64,000 nt of DNA. Origin: Longimicrobiales bacterium (lineage in GTDB: Bacteria > Gemmatimonadota > Gemmatimonadetes > Longimicrobiales > Gaopeijiaceae). The translations under genes were made by a program, and so were the position numbers. The stretch is from positions 2,560,001 through 2,624,000 of the forward strand of contig OZ241869.1 of NCBI GenBank assembly GCA_965202805.1, written 5' to 3'. Every line of letters starts with the position of its first letter. Within the stretch, counting starts at the first letter, position 1. Positions 11,001-21,021 of the stretch are shown here, piece by piece. A model generated the notes under the pieces. The model did not search any database and had not been told where the DNA came from. It worked only from the letters and a program-made list of their open reading frames with translations.

Positions 11001-13769
11001 ATGAACCCGCCTTCCCTCTTCCTGATCGACGCCTACGCGCTCATATATCAGTCGTTCTTCGCCTTCGCCAACCGACCGCTCACCAACTCCAGGGGCGAGA
11101 ACACCTCCGCGGAGTGGGGCTTCCTCAACTACCTGATCCGGATCCGGGAAGAGTTCGCGCCCGACTATCTCGCGGTGGTCTTCGACGCCGGCTCGAGTCA
11201 GCGCAAGAAGCTCTATCCCGCGTACAAGGCGACGCGCGAGAAGATGCCCGAGGATCTGCGCGAGAGCCTGGGCCGCATCCGGTCGCTGCTGGATGCGCTC
11301 CACCACCCCGTGGTCGAAGTCGAGGGATTCGAGGCGGACGACGTGATCGCTTCGCTGGCGCAGCGAGCCCTCGCGCTCGAGGAGGACATCGAGGCCGTCA
11401 TCGTTTCGGGGGACAAGGACTTCTACCAGCTCCTGCGCCCGGGCCTGCGGCTGTTCCGGCCCGCACGCGGGGGACGCGCCGGCACCTCGGCGGAATGGGT
11501 CGACGAGTCGAACGCGAGCAAGCGTTTCGGGGTCCCTCCCGATCGCATCATCGATTACCTGGCGCTGATCGGAGACTCCTCGGACAACGTGCCCGGAGCG
11601 CCGGGCATCGGGCCCAAGACCGCGGTCAAGCTCATCGAGCAGTATGGAGACCTGGACGAGATTCTCGCGCACGCGGAAGATGTGCGCGCCAAGCGTCCCC
11701 GCGAGTCGCTGCTCAACCACGCGGACCAGATCCGGCTGTCGAGGCAGCTGGTGACCATGCTCACCGACGTGGACGTGACCTTCGATCTCGATGGCCTCGC
11801 CGTGCGCGCTCCGGACCGCGAGCGGATGCGCGAGCTGCTGCTGGAGCTCGAGTTTCACACCCTCCTGGAGCGCTTCGCGAGTTCGCCGGGAGCCGGGGGA
11901 CCGGCATCCAGGGAGGAGGACGTCGACTACCAGCTGGTGCTGGACGGGGCCGGAGTCGGCGAGGTGGTCCGGGAAGCGCGCGCGCAGGGTGAAGTCGCGG
12001 TCGCCGTACTCACGGCATCCCTCGATCCGATGCGGGGGCCCATCGCCGGGATCGCCCTCTCGAGCCGGCCGGGCGAGGCCCGCTACCTCCCGCTGGCCCA
12101 CGAAGCCGCGCTCGACCTGGAGATGGGAGCGCTGGCGGAGTCCGCGGCGTCGGCGAACAACCTGCCCGCGCTCGATTCCCGCGACATGGCCCCGCTTCGC
12201 GATCTGCTCGAGGACGCCGGGGTGGCCAAGACCGGACACGATCTGAAACACGGGATGGTCGCGCTGGCCGAGGTCGGCATCGCCCTCGCGGGGGCCTGCT
12301 TCGACACCATGGTGGCCTCGTATCTCCTCGAACCCGAGCTTCGGGGCCACGAACTGGACACCCTGGCGGCAAACAGGCTCGGCCTCGAGACCACCCGGCT
12401 CAAGGAGCTCGTGGGCACGGGGAAGAAGGAGGTGCCGCTGACCCGGCTCGGGCCCGAGCAGGTCCTCCGCTACGCCTGCGAACGCGCCGACTGCGCGGGA
12501 CGGCTTCGTGAACACTTCCGGCCCAGGCTCGAGGGACACGCTCTGGACGGACTGTTTCGGGATGTGGAGATGCGCCTGGTACCGGTGCTGGCGTGCATGG
12601 AGCGAAACGGAGTCCGCATCGATCCCCTCTTCTTCAGCGACATGAGCCGGGAGCTGGAGCGCGAACTCGAGCGGGTGCGGAAGGATATCTTCAGCGAGGC
12701 GGGATCCGAATTCAATCTCAATTCGACGCCCCAGCTGCGAACCGTGCTCTTCGAGGATCTGGGGCTCCCGGTCATCCGCAAGACCAAGACCGGGCCCTCG
12801 ACGGCCGCCTCGGTGCTGGAGGAACTCGAGGCGCTCGGCCATCCGGTGCCGAGCCTGCTGATGAAGTACCGCCGCATGGAGAAGCTGCGCAGCACCTACA
12901 TCGACGCCCTCCCCGGTCTCGTCCATCCGCGCACCGGGCGCATCCACACGCATTTCAACCAGACCGTGGCGGCGACCGGCCGGCTGTCTTCCAGCAACCC
13001 CAACCTGCAGAACATCCCCATCCGCACCCGGATCGGACGGGAGATCCGCAAGGGCTTCGTGGCCGCTCCGGGACACGTGCTGCTGACCGCGGACTACTCC
13101 CAGATCGAGTTGCGCATCCTCGCCCACTTCTCGGGCGATCCCGCCTTCGTGACCGCGTTCCGCGAAGCGAGCGACATCCACCGCCAGACCGCCGCCGTCA
13201 TCTTCGACGTGCCCGTGGACGAGGTGAGCCCGCGAATGCGCGACCAGGCGAAGACCATCAACTTCGCCACCCTGTACGGGCAGGGAGCATTCTCCCTGGG
13301 ACGCCAGCTGGGCATTCCGCAGGATGAGGCGCGGCGCTTCATCGACCAGTACTTCGAGCGCTTCAGCGGCGTGCGCGCCTTCCTCGACGAGCAGGTCTCC
13401 CTGGCCAGGGAGCGCGGCTACGTCGAGACCCTTTCGGGGCGCCGGCGCTACGTGCCCGAGCTGGCCTCGCGCAACTGGAATATCCGCGCGCACGGGGAGC
13501 GGGTCGCGCGCAACACGCCCATCCAGGGCACGGCCGCGGACGTCATCAAGAAGGCGATGATCGAGGTGCAGCAGGGCCTCGAGAAAGCCTCTTCAGGGGC
13601 GATGCTGCTCCTTCAGGTGCACGACGAGCTGGTGCTCGAGACGCCCGCCCGCGAACTGGATGCCGTGCGCGACATGGTCGTGTCGCACATGGAGAACGCG
13701 ACCGTGCTCGACGTGCCGCTGGTGGTGGATACCGGAGCCGGCGAAAGCTGGTTCGAATGCAAGGGTTGA
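11001..13769 (+). CDS. polA: DNA polymerase I
   Basis: 5'-3' exonuclease motifs (EADDVIA, SGDKD, GDSSDNVPG); polymerase motifs TGRLSSSNPNLQNIP, ADYSQIELR, QVHDELV. Confidence 0.97.
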   Translation: MNPPSLFLIDAYALIYQSFFAFANRPLTNSRGENTSAEWGFLNYLIRIREEFAPDYLAVVFDAGSSQRKKLYPAYKATREKMPEDLRESLGRIRSLLDALHHPVVEVEGFEADDVIASLAQRALALEEDIEAVIVSGDKDFYQLLRPGLRLFRPARGGRAGTSAEWVDESNASKRFGVPPDRIIDYLALIGDSSDNVPGAPGIGPKTAVKLIEQYGDLDEILAHAEDVRAKRPRESLLNHADQIRLSRQLVTMLTDVDVTFDLDGLAVRAPDRERMRELLLELEFHTLLERFASSPGAGGPASREEDVDYQLVLDGAGVGEVVREARAQGEVAVAVLTASLDPMRGPIAGIALSSRPGEARYLPLAHEAALDLEMGALAESAASANNLPALDSRDMAPLRDLLEDAGVAKTGHDLKHGMVALAEVGIALAGACFDTMVASYLLEPELRGHELDTLAANRLGLETTRLKELVGTGKKEVPLTRLGPEQVLRYACERADCAGRLREHFRPRLEGHALDGLFRDVEMRLVPVLACMERNGVRIDPLFFSDMSRELERELERVRKDIFSEAGSEFNLNSTPQLRTVLFEDLGLPVIRKTKTGPSTAASVLEELEALGHPVPSLLMKYRRMEKLRSTYIDALPGLVHPRTGRIHTHFNQTVAATGRLSSSNPNLQNIPIRTRIGREIRKGFVAAPGHVLLTADYSQIELRILAHFSGDPAFVTAFREASDIHRQTAAVIFDVPVDEVSPRMRDQAKTINFATLYGQGAFSLGRQLGIPQDEARRFIDQYFERFSGVRAFLDEQVSLARERGYVETLSGRRRYVPELASRNWNIRAHGERVARNTPIQGTAADVIKKAMIEVQQGLEKASSGAMLLLQVHDELVLETPARELDAVRDMVVSHMENATVLDVPLVVDTGAGESWFECKG

Positions 13770-13891
13770 ACCCCGGACCGGACCGGGACCGCGATCGGCT
13801 CATCCTGTCATTCCTTCGCCCGGACTTCCCCGCGAACGTCAGAGACGCGCGGAGGAATCCAGTTTCACAGGCCAAGGAAGGAGAGACGCCG

Positions 13892-14233
13892 ATGAGCCGG
13901 TCGGTCAACAAGATCATCCTGATCGGGAATGTCGGGCGGGATCCGGATGTCCACGAGACCCAGGGGCGCAAGAAGGTGGCGCATTTCTCGCTCGCCACCA
14001 ACCAGCGTATCCGTCGTGGGCCGAACGACGTGGAGGAGCGAACGGACTGGCACCGGATCACGGTGTGGAACAAGACCGCTCAGTTCGTCGAGGATTATGT
14101 GCGGAAGGGAGACCGGGTGTACGTGGAGGGCCGGCTCGAGTACGACTCCTATGAGCGGGACGGCATCACCATTCCGACGGCCGATGTCAACGCACGCGAG
14201 CTGGTGCTGCTCACCTCCCGCAGCGACGGCTAG
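13892..14233 (+). CDS. ssb: Single-stranded DNA-binding protein, short form (113 aa, OB fold only)
   Basis: SVNKIILIGNVGRDP, TDWHRITVW, KGDRVYVEGRL; AAGGAG RBS. Confidence 0.92.
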   Translation: MSRSVNKIILIGNVGRDPDVHETQGRKKVAHFSLATNQRIRRGPNDVEERTDWHRITVWNKTAQFVEDYVRKGDRVYVEGRLEYDSYERDGITIPTADVNARELVLLTSRSDG

Positions 14234-14317
14234 CGGTCCGTGGGATGAAGCGGCTCGAATGCCGGGGGGCGTTCGCCCACGGACGCGCCTGGCGGTCGAG
14301 GAAAGGGCGAGCGCCGG

Positions 14318-15178
14318 TCAGTTTGCGCTCCAGAAACCCGACAGCGAATCCCCGTGCGGGCTGTCGCGCAGCTTCTCGAATGCGCGGTTGCGAATCTGGC
14401 GAATCCGTTCGCGCGTGACCCCCAGAAGCACGCCGATCTCCTCGAGCGTGCGCTCCTCGCCGTCGTCCAGGCCGTAGTAGAGGTAGAGGATCTTGCGTTC
14501 GCGTTCCGTCAGGTACTTCTCGAACATGTCCTCCATGAAGGCCCGGCGGGCCAGCGCCTCCACATCCAGTTCGATGTCCGCGGCCTCCACGCCGGCAAAG
14601 CGTTCGCCGAAGCTGGAGCTGTCCCGGTCCCGGCGGTCGATGGGGGCGTCCAGGCTGAGTTCGGTCGCGGCCACCCGGCGCAGCGCGCGGATGGTCTCGA
14701 CGGGCTCCTGCATCTCCTTGGCGATCTCCTGATCGGTGGGAGAGCGGCCCAGCTCCTGGGTCAGCGCCGTGTCGGTGCGCGCCAGCTTGGCGAGGTTGGA
14801 GTTCTGGTTGAGCGGGATGCGCACGGAACGGGTCTGTTCGGCCAGCGCCTGCAGGACGGTCTGCCGGATCCACCAGACCGCGTAGCTGATGAATTTGACC
14901 CCCTTGTCGGGGTCGAATTTCTTGACCGCCTTCAGCAGCCCCTCGTTGCCGATGCAGACCAGTTCGGCCAGACCGAGCCCGCGACCCTGGTACTTCTTGA
15001 CATAGGAAATCACGAAGCGGAGGTTGGCGGTCACCAGCCGCTCGGCCGCCTCCATGTCCCCGGTCCGGGCGCGCCGAGCCAGCTCGCGCTCTTCTTCGGG
15101 ATCCCGGATGAGCGGGTACTTCTCTACGTCCTGAAGATACTGATCGAAGGAGTCCAGACCACGAGAGGATGAGAACAT
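14318..15178 (-). CDS. RNA polymerase sigma-70 factor, RpoD/SigA-like without region 1.1
   Basis: DQYLQDV, ANLRFVIS, KFISYAVWWIRQ, RTLEEIG, VTRERIRQI. Confidence 0.93.
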   Translation of the reverse strand: MFSSSRGLDSFDQYLQDVEKYPLIRDPEEERELARRARTGDMEAAERLVTANLRFVISYVKKYQGRGLGLAELVCIGNEGLLKAVKKFDPDKGVKFISYAVWWIRQTVLQALAEQTRSVRIPLNQNSNLAKLARTDTALTQELGRSPTDQEIAKEMQEPVETIRALRRVAATELSLDAPIDRRDRDSSSFGERFAGVEAADIELDVEALARRAFMEDMFEKYLTERERKILYLYYGLDDGEERTLEEIGVLLGVTRERIRQIRNRAFEKLRDSPHGDSLSGFWSAN

Positions 15179-15248
15179 CCAGTGCGCGCCTACCGGGGGT
15201 GGGGTTCTACGAAACGGCGATGGCTGGCCCAGGAACAGCAAGTCAGGC

Positions 15249-15300
15249 AATGTAACACCGCCGATCCTGACAGGTCTACCTCTTGATTCTCTGACAGGTC
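15249..15300 (-). promoter_or_regulatory. Putative promoter of the sigma gene, with a 10-bp direct repeat
   Basis: Minus strand TAGACC-N18-TACATT with TG extension; CTGACAGGTC at 15267-15276 and 15291-15300. Confidence 0.45.
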
Positions 15301-15322
15301 AGGACCCGGTTTTGTTGTGTCG

Positions 15323-18300
15323 CTAGTGGAAGAACCGCCCTCTGCCCACGAACGCACCCCGTGAAGTTGCTCCCTGCGTTCCGGCCAGGCCGTCCAGCCA
15401 GTCGTTGAGGGAATCGATGCGGTCGGCAATCACATGGATCACGCCCTGCTCCTTCTCCAGCCGGCCGCGGCAGACCATGAGCCGCGCGGTGAGCAGGGCG
15501 CGGCGGCAACGTTCCTGGACCGAGGGAAACACCACCAGGTTGGCGGTTCCGGTCTCGTCCTCCAGGGTCACGAACACGATCCTGCCCGCCGTGCCCGGCC
15601 GCTGGCGGCACAGCACGATGCCGGCGACGGTGACGCGCGCACCGGCGGGGGCTTCCTCCAGGTGGCTGGCCGGGCGCACGCCCCGGTCGGCCAGCCGCTC
15701 CCTCAGCAGGGCGGCGGGGTGCTGTTTGAGGGACAGCCCGGTGGTGCGGTAGTCAGCCACCACCTGCTCGCCGGCGGAAAGGGCAGGCAGAGCCGGTTCC
15801 GGGCGGGGCGGTTCCGCCTCGCCGGGCGGATCGAAGAGAGGCAGCGGTTCCACCTGGTCCAGGGAGCTGATCGCCCAGGTGGCCTGGCGGCGGTCCAGCC
15901 CGGTGGAGGTGAAGGCGTCCGCCCTGGCCAGGCGCATCAGGACGGCCGGACTGGTCCCTGCCCGACGCTGCAGGTCGGCCGGGGAGCGATACCCTTCCTC
16001 CCGGGCCGTAACGATGCGGGTGGCGTCCTCTTCCCTCAGACCGCGGACCTGACGCAATCCCAGCCGCAGCGCCATGCGCGGTGGCGGGCACGCCGGTTCC
16101 AGGGTGCAGTCCCACTCCGAGTGGTTGACATCCACCGGGCGCACCTCCACCCCGTGCCTGCGCGCATCGCCCACGATCTGGGCGGGCGCGTAGAAGCCCA
16201 TGGGCTGGCTGTTCAGGAGGGCGCAGGCGAAGACCTCCGGGTAGTGGTGCTTCAGCCACGAGGAGATGTAGACCAGGAGCGCGAAACTGGCCGCGTGGCT
16301 CTCCGGAAAACCGTAGTCGCCGAACCCCTCGATCTGCTTGAAGCAGCGCTCGGCGAACTCCGGCTCGTACCCTTTCCCCACCATCCCATCCACGAACTTG
16401 TCGCGGAAGCGGTGGATGGTGCCGTAGTTGCGGAAGCTGGCCATGGCCCGGCGCAGCCGGTCCGCCTCGGCCGGGCTGAAGCCGGCTCCGACGATGGCGA
16501 TCTTCATCGCCTGTTCCTGGAAGAGGGGCACGCCCAGCGTCTTCCCCAGCACCTCGCGCAGATCTTCCGAAGGGTATTGCACCGGCTCCACGCCCCTGCG
16601 CCGGCGCAGGTAGGGGTGGACCATGTCCCCCTGGATCGGTCCGGGCCGCACGATCGCCACCTCGATGACCAGGTCGTAGAAGGTGGCCGGCTTCAGCCGC
16701 GGGAGCATCGCCATCTGCGCCCGGCTCTCGATCTGGAACACGCCGATCGTGTCCGCCCGCTGGATCATCCGATAGACCCCCGGATCCTCAGCGGGCACGT
16801 CCCCCAGAGTGTGGCGGACGCCGTAGTGTGCTTCCAGCAGCTCGAAGGAGCGCCGGATGCAGGAGAGCATGCCGAGCCCCAGCACATCCACCTTGACGAG
16901 CCCCAGCGCCTCGAGATCATCCTTGTTCCACTCGATCACCGTGCGGTCCTCCATGGCGGCGTTCTCGATGGGAACGATCTCGCACAGCGGCCCGCGGGAG
17001 ATGACGAAGCCGCCCGTGTGCTGGGACAGATGGCGGGGAAAGCCCTGGAGTTCGCGGGCCAGCTCCAGGGTCAGGCGCAGGCGCCGGTCCTTCGGGTCGA
17101 ACCCTTCCTCACGGGCGCGCTCCCCGTCCACCGGCTTCGACCAGACCGAAGCCATGGAGAGCAGCCGGTCGACCGTGTCCTTGCTCAGCCCCATGGCCCT
17201 GCCGGTGTCGCGCAGGGCACTGCGGACGCGATAGGTCACCACCGTTGCGGCCAGCCCGGCCCGCTCGCGGCCGTACTTGCGGTAGATGTACTGGATGACC
17301 TCCTCGCGGCGCTCGTGCTCGAAATCCACGTCGATGTCGGGCACTTCGTTTCGCTGGGCGGAAATGAAGCGCTCGAACAGCAGGTCGATGCGGTCCGGAT
17401 CGACCGAGGTGATCTCCAGGCAGTAGCACACCGCCGAGTTGGCGGCCGAGCCGCGTCCCTGGCACAGGATGCCCATGCCGCGGGCGGTCCGGACGATGTC
17501 GGCCACGGTAAGGAAATAAGGGGCGTATTCCAGTTCGCCGATGAGCGTCAGCTCGTGTTCGAGCGTCGCCCGCACTCCGGAGGGGATGCCCTCGGGATAG
17601 CGCCGGGCCGCGCCCTCCCAGGTCAGGGCCTCGAGCTCCTGCTGGGGCGTGCGGCCTTCGCCGACCCCCTCTCCGGGATATTCGTAGCGCAGTTCTCCGA
17701 GGGAGAAGCGGCAGCGCTCGGCGATCTCCACTGCATTGGCCAGGGCACGGGGATGATCGCGGAAGAGGGCGGCCATCTTCAGGGGGGATTTGAGATGGCG
17801 TTCCGCGTTGGCCGCGAGGCGCCAGCCGGCGGTGTCGATGGTGCAGCGCTCGCGGATGCAGGTGAGCAGGTCGTGGAGCCGACGCCGCTCCGGGATGTGC
17901 TGGTGCACGTCGCCGGTCGCGACCAGGGGCACGCGCTCCGCTTCCGAGAGGGAGGCGAGGTCCGCCAGGCGGAGGGCGTCGTTGCCCCGGTGGAGGCAGG
18001 TGGCGGCCATGAAGAGAGGTGCGTCCAGCCGCGCCCGGTACCACGCCAGCCGTTCGGCGAAAACGGGACCGGGCACCTCCGGCGGCAGGGCGATGAAGAC
18101 CTGCTCTCCAGCCGCCTCCACGACGTCCCCGCGGTGGAGCCGACACTCTCCCTTGGGAGCGCGCCTGCGTCCCCGGGTGATGAGGCGGGCCAGGCGGCCG
18201 TAGCCCTTCCTGGAGACGGGCAGGCAGAGCAGGGACGGCCCGTCCTCGAGGTCGAGGCGGGCGCCGGCGATGAAGCGGAGCGCGGTCTCGCGGGCGGCGT

Positions 18301-18529
18301 GGTGGGCGCGCACGACCCCCGCCAGGGTGTTGCGGTCGGTGAGAGCCAGGGCGCGGTAGCCCAGGGCATGCGCCCGCTCCACCAGTTCCTCGGGCCGGGA
18401 GGCACCGCGCAGGAACGAGAAGTTGCTGGTGACCTGGAGTTCCGCGTAGCCGCCCGTCCAGGCCGACGAACCTCCATCCGTGCGGCCGCCGGGGAGGAGC
18501 GCCGCGGGGTCGCGCCCGACCGCGCTCAC
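15323..18529 (-). CDS. dnaE2: Error-prone DNA polymerase III alpha (DnaE2/ImuC)
   Basis: SNFSFLRGAS, QGRGSAANSAVCY, PDIDVDFEHERREE, FPESHAASFA, C-terminal GRFFH (SRDFH-like). Confidence 0.96.
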   Translation of the reverse strand: MSAVGRDPAALLPGGRTDGGSSAWTGGYAELQVTSNFSFLRGASRPEELVERAHALGYRALALTDRNTLAGVVRAHHAARETALRFIAGARLDLEDGPSLLCLPVSRKGYGRLARLITRGRRRAPKGECRLHRGDVVEAAGEQVFIALPPEVPGPVFAERLAWYRARLDAPLFMAATCLHRGNDALRLADLASLSEAERVPLVATGDVHQHIPERRRLHDLLTCIRERCTIDTAGWRLAANAERHLKSPLKMAALFRDHPRALANAVEIAERCRFSLGELRYEYPGEGVGEGRTPQQELEALTWEGAARRYPEGIPSGVRATLEHELTLIGELEYAPYFLTVADIVRTARGMGILCQGRGSAANSAVCYCLEITSVDPDRIDLLFERFISAQRNEVPDIDVDFEHERREEVIQYIYRKYGRERAGLAATVVTYRVRSALRDTGRAMGLSKDTVDRLLSMASVWSKPVDGERAREEGFDPKDRRLRLTLELARELQGFPRHLSQHTGGFVISRGPLCEIVPIENAAMEDRTVIEWNKDDLEALGLVKVDVLGLGMLSCIRRSFELLEAHYGVRHTLGDVPAEDPGVYRMIQRADTIGVFQIESRAQMAMLPRLKPATFYDLVIEVAIVRPGPIQGDMVHPYLRRRRGVEPVQYPSEDLREVLGKTLGVPLFQEQAMKIAIVGAGFSPAEADRLRRAMASFRNYGTIHRFRDKFVDGMVGKGYEPEFAERCFKQIEGFGDYGFPESHAASFALLVYISSWLKHHYPEVFACALLNSQPMGFYAPAQIVGDARRHGVEVRPVDVNHSEWDCTLEPACPPPRMALRLGLRQVRGLREEDATRIVTAREEGYRSPADLQRRAGTSPAVLMRLARADAFTSTGLDRRQATWAISSLDQVEPLPLFDPPGEAEPPRPEPALPALSAGEQVVADYRTTGLSLKQHPAALLRERLADRGVRPASHLEEAPAGARVTVAGIVLCRQRPGTAGRIVFVTLEDETGTANLVVFPSVQERCRRALLTARLMVCRGRLEKEQGVIHVIADRIDSLNDWLDGLAGTQGATSRGAFVGRGRFFH

Positions 18530-20121
18530 GCGAAGAACCCGTGCAGGAACCAGCGCGGCGGGGCGGCGGGGTCGCGGGGTCGCTCGCAGAAGAGCCAGTA
18601 GCGCCGCCCCTCCTCGTCTTCAATCAGGTAGTAGTCGCGGGACGGGGCGTCCTCCAGCCACCATTCGCACTCCAGCCGCTCGGGACCTTCGGCCGCGCGC
18701 ACCCGGTGCCTCCGTCCACGCCAGCGAAAGAACGCCGGCGCGCCCGCAGGCTCCATCCCGCCGGGCTCGCGGGCGACGGCCTCCACCCGCTCCGGGGGAG
18801 ACAGCAGGCGGAGCGGCCGGCGGCGTCCCTCCGGCCAGCCCGGGCCGTGCCTCCGGTGTGCGGCCAGGGGCTCGCGGAGCTCGACCGCGCGCTCGGGCAG
18901 CCAGCTCTGGCGCGGGACCGGGCAGGCGATGTTTCCGAAACCGAAGCGGTTCCCCAGCCGGTCGACGAGGGCGGCCAGTTCTTCGCGGCCCGTCCCACCC
19001 TCTCCTCCGATCCATCCGCCGCTGCCCGCCGCTGCCGTTCCGGCCCGCGCGAACCAGTCCTCCTGCTCCTCTTCGACGACCTCGACCACCTCGGCGGACA
19101 ACACCATCTCCTCGATGCCGAAACCCGGGTCGATCCGCTCCAGCTTCCCCGCGAACAGGTTCATGAGGAGCCTTGCGCGGCGCAGAGGCCGGCTGGTGCC
19201 TGCCACCAGAACGGAACGCGCTCCATCCCCCCGGTGGCAGACGAGCCGCATGCGCCGCACGCCCTCGCCTGCCCGGCTCAGGATCCGGCACAGATCCCCC
19301 AGCAGGGCTTCCACCGCCGCGTGGATGGCGTCCACTGTCGAGACCGGCTCGGCAAAGGCACGGCGGGCCTCGCGCGGAAGCGGAGGCGGAAGAGAGATGA
19401 CCGGCTCCTGAGCGAAGCCGAGGGCCTGCTCCAGGCGGCGGCGCGGGGCGGGGCCGAACCTCTTCGCCAGCGCTCCGGGGTCGAAGGGGTAGAGCGTTCC
19501 GATCCTGTCCAGGCCGAAGGAGACCAGGGCCTCCACGACATCGGCATCGAGCCTGAGGGCGGCGACGGGGAGCCCGGCCAGCACCTCCTTCATCCTGGCC
19601 GGACCCGCAGACGGGGGCACGATGGCCGGAGACCTCTCCCCGTGGCGGGCCAGCGCCCAGGCCGCCCCGGGCGTACCGGCCAGAGCCAGTCGAGAGGTGA
19701 GCCCAAGCCCCCCCAACCCCGCCCCCAGCGCCGCCAGCAGCGCCTCCTCGCCGCCATGGAGATGCGTGCACCCCCCGACATCGAGGAAGAGCCCGTCCGC
19801 GCCGGCCGGCATGACCCGGGGGGTGAAGCCGTCCGCCCACCGGGCCAGCCGCTTCAGCGCATGGGCGTCGGCGGCGGGATCGGCGGGGTGGGCGATCACG
19901 TCGGGCACGATGGCCCGTCCGTCGGCCAGGGGCATGCCCGGCGCCAGCCCAGCCCCCGCCGCGCGCGGGTTGACCGCCTCGATCACCAGCCGCCCCCGCT
20001 GCTCGCCGATGGTCACGAAGGGCCGGGTGCGCGCCTCGGGACAGCGCCAGACCAGCCTCTCCACCGGCCACCAGGGGAACCAGGCGGCAAGGATGCGACG
20101 GGGGGTGGAAAAGACGCCCAT
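18526..20121 (-). CDS. imuB: ImuB, Y-family polymerase-like mutasome scaffold
   Basis: Y-family fold; GPERLECEWW, RDYY, WFLHGFFA C-terminus; 4-bp overlap with dnaE2. Confidence 0.93.
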   Translation of the reverse strand: MGVFSTPRRILAAWFPWWPVERLVWRCPEARTRPFVTIGEQRGRLVIEAVNPRAAGAGLAPGMPLADGRAIVPDVIAHPADPAADAHALKRLARWADGFTPRVMPAGADGLFLDVGGCTHLHGGEEALLAALGAGLGGLGLTSRLALAGTPGAAWALARHGERSPAIVPPSAGPARMKEVLAGLPVAALRLDADVVEALVSFGLDRIGTLYPFDPGALAKRFGPAPRRRLEQALGFAQEPVISLPPPLPREARRAFAEPVSTVDAIHAAVEALLGDLCRILSRAGEGVRRMRLVCHRGDGARSVLVAGTSRPLRRARLLMNLFAGKLERIDPGFGIEEMVLSAEVVEVVEEEQEDWFARAGTAAAGSGGWIGGEGGTGREELAALVDRLGNRFGFGNIACPVPRQSWLPERAVELREPLAAHRRHGPGWPEGRRRPLRLLSPPERVEAVAREPGGMEPAGAPAFFRWRGRRHRVRAAEGPERLECEWWLEDAPSRDYYLIEDEEGRRYWLFCERPRDPAAPPRWFLHGFFA

Positions 20122-20135
20122 GGTTCCGGATCGGG

Positions 20136-20813
20136 TCAGCCGGCGCGGCGCGAAAGGTCACGGGCAGCCATCCCCACCACCCAATACCCCGGTCTCCCCC
20201 CGCGGCAGTGCACCACCTCCACGCGCCACCGGGTCATCCCGGTCCCCGGAACGGCGGTGACCCGCCACCGGCTGTCGGCCGTGGGTACCCTGACCCGCCC
20301 CGCCCCTCCTGTCCCGGCCTCAGGCCACAGTACCAGCCCGGGTACGCCCGAGCCTTCGGCGGCGAGCATCAGGCGCCGGGAGGCCGCCCGGTCAAGGGTG
20401 TCCACCTCCGCCACGACTCCTCTCAGGGCCCGGCAGCGCAGCGCCTCCTCCATGGCCCACAGCATGTCGGCCCGCCGCCGCAGCCCCGAAGCAACCAGCA
20501 GCCGCCCCGGTTCGATCCCGTACCGGACCAGTCCCGGCAGATAGAGGTCATCCCCGCGCGCCAGCCACAGGAGCGGCCCCGGGGCCCTGCCGGCACGCGC
20601 CAGAAGGACGGCGCAGAAACCGGTCGCGGCCTCGTCCCCGGCAATCTCATGGACGCACCCCGCACGCAGCCCGCCTCCGGGCAGGGCGCCATCGATTTCC
20701 GGGATGCCCAGCGACAGGCACGCCGCCCCGGCTTCGCCCGGAACCTCGATCCGGCGGATCTCTTCGCGCAGCGCCTCCAGCGCTCGCCGCTTCGTCTTCG
20801 GCACGTGAGACAT
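20136..20813 (-). CDS. imuA: ImuA, RecA-like mutasome protein
   Basis: LGIPEIDGALPGGGL, LWAMEEALRC, RRLMLAAE; first gene of imuA-imuB-dnaE2. Confidence 0.9.
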   Translation of the reverse strand: MSHVPKTKRRALEALREEIRRIEVPGEAGAACLSLGIPEIDGALPGGGLRAGCVHEIAGDEAATGFCAVLLARAGRAPGPLLWLARGDDLYLPGLVRYGIEPGRLLVASGLRRRADMLWAMEEALRCRALRGVVAEVDTLDRAASRRLMLAAEGSGVPGLVLWPEAGTGGAGRVRVPTADSRWRVTAVPGTGMTRWRVEVVHCRGGRPGYWVVGMAARDLSRRAG

Positions 20814-20821
20814 GGGCCGAC

Positions 20822-20851
20822 AAGATACCGAATAAAAACCGTAAGTGTCAA
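20822..20851 (-). promoter_or_regulatory. imuA promoter with a candidate repressor site in the spacer
   Basis: Minus strand TTGACA-N18-TATCTT, then 8 nt to ATG; spacer contains ACCG-N7-ACCG. Confidence 0.65.
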
Positions 20852-21021
20852 ATGGCCGGGGTCTCCAGGCCGAGGTGGTGCACGCAATCCCTACATGAGC
20901 CCAAAACCGAACCATCCCATCCGGAAAAGGGTAGGATGGACGCGCGGCCGGGTTTCTCTTCGCGTGTCGGACTGTAACGGAGAGGATCGCCGCCAACCTT
21001 GATCTCAGGAGCTTCCGAAAA

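Noticed and set aside
13777..13791. ACCG-N7-ACCG upstream of ssb as a second SOS box
   Set aside because: Arises within a GGACC micro-repeat with a GC-rich spacer, so a chance match is likely
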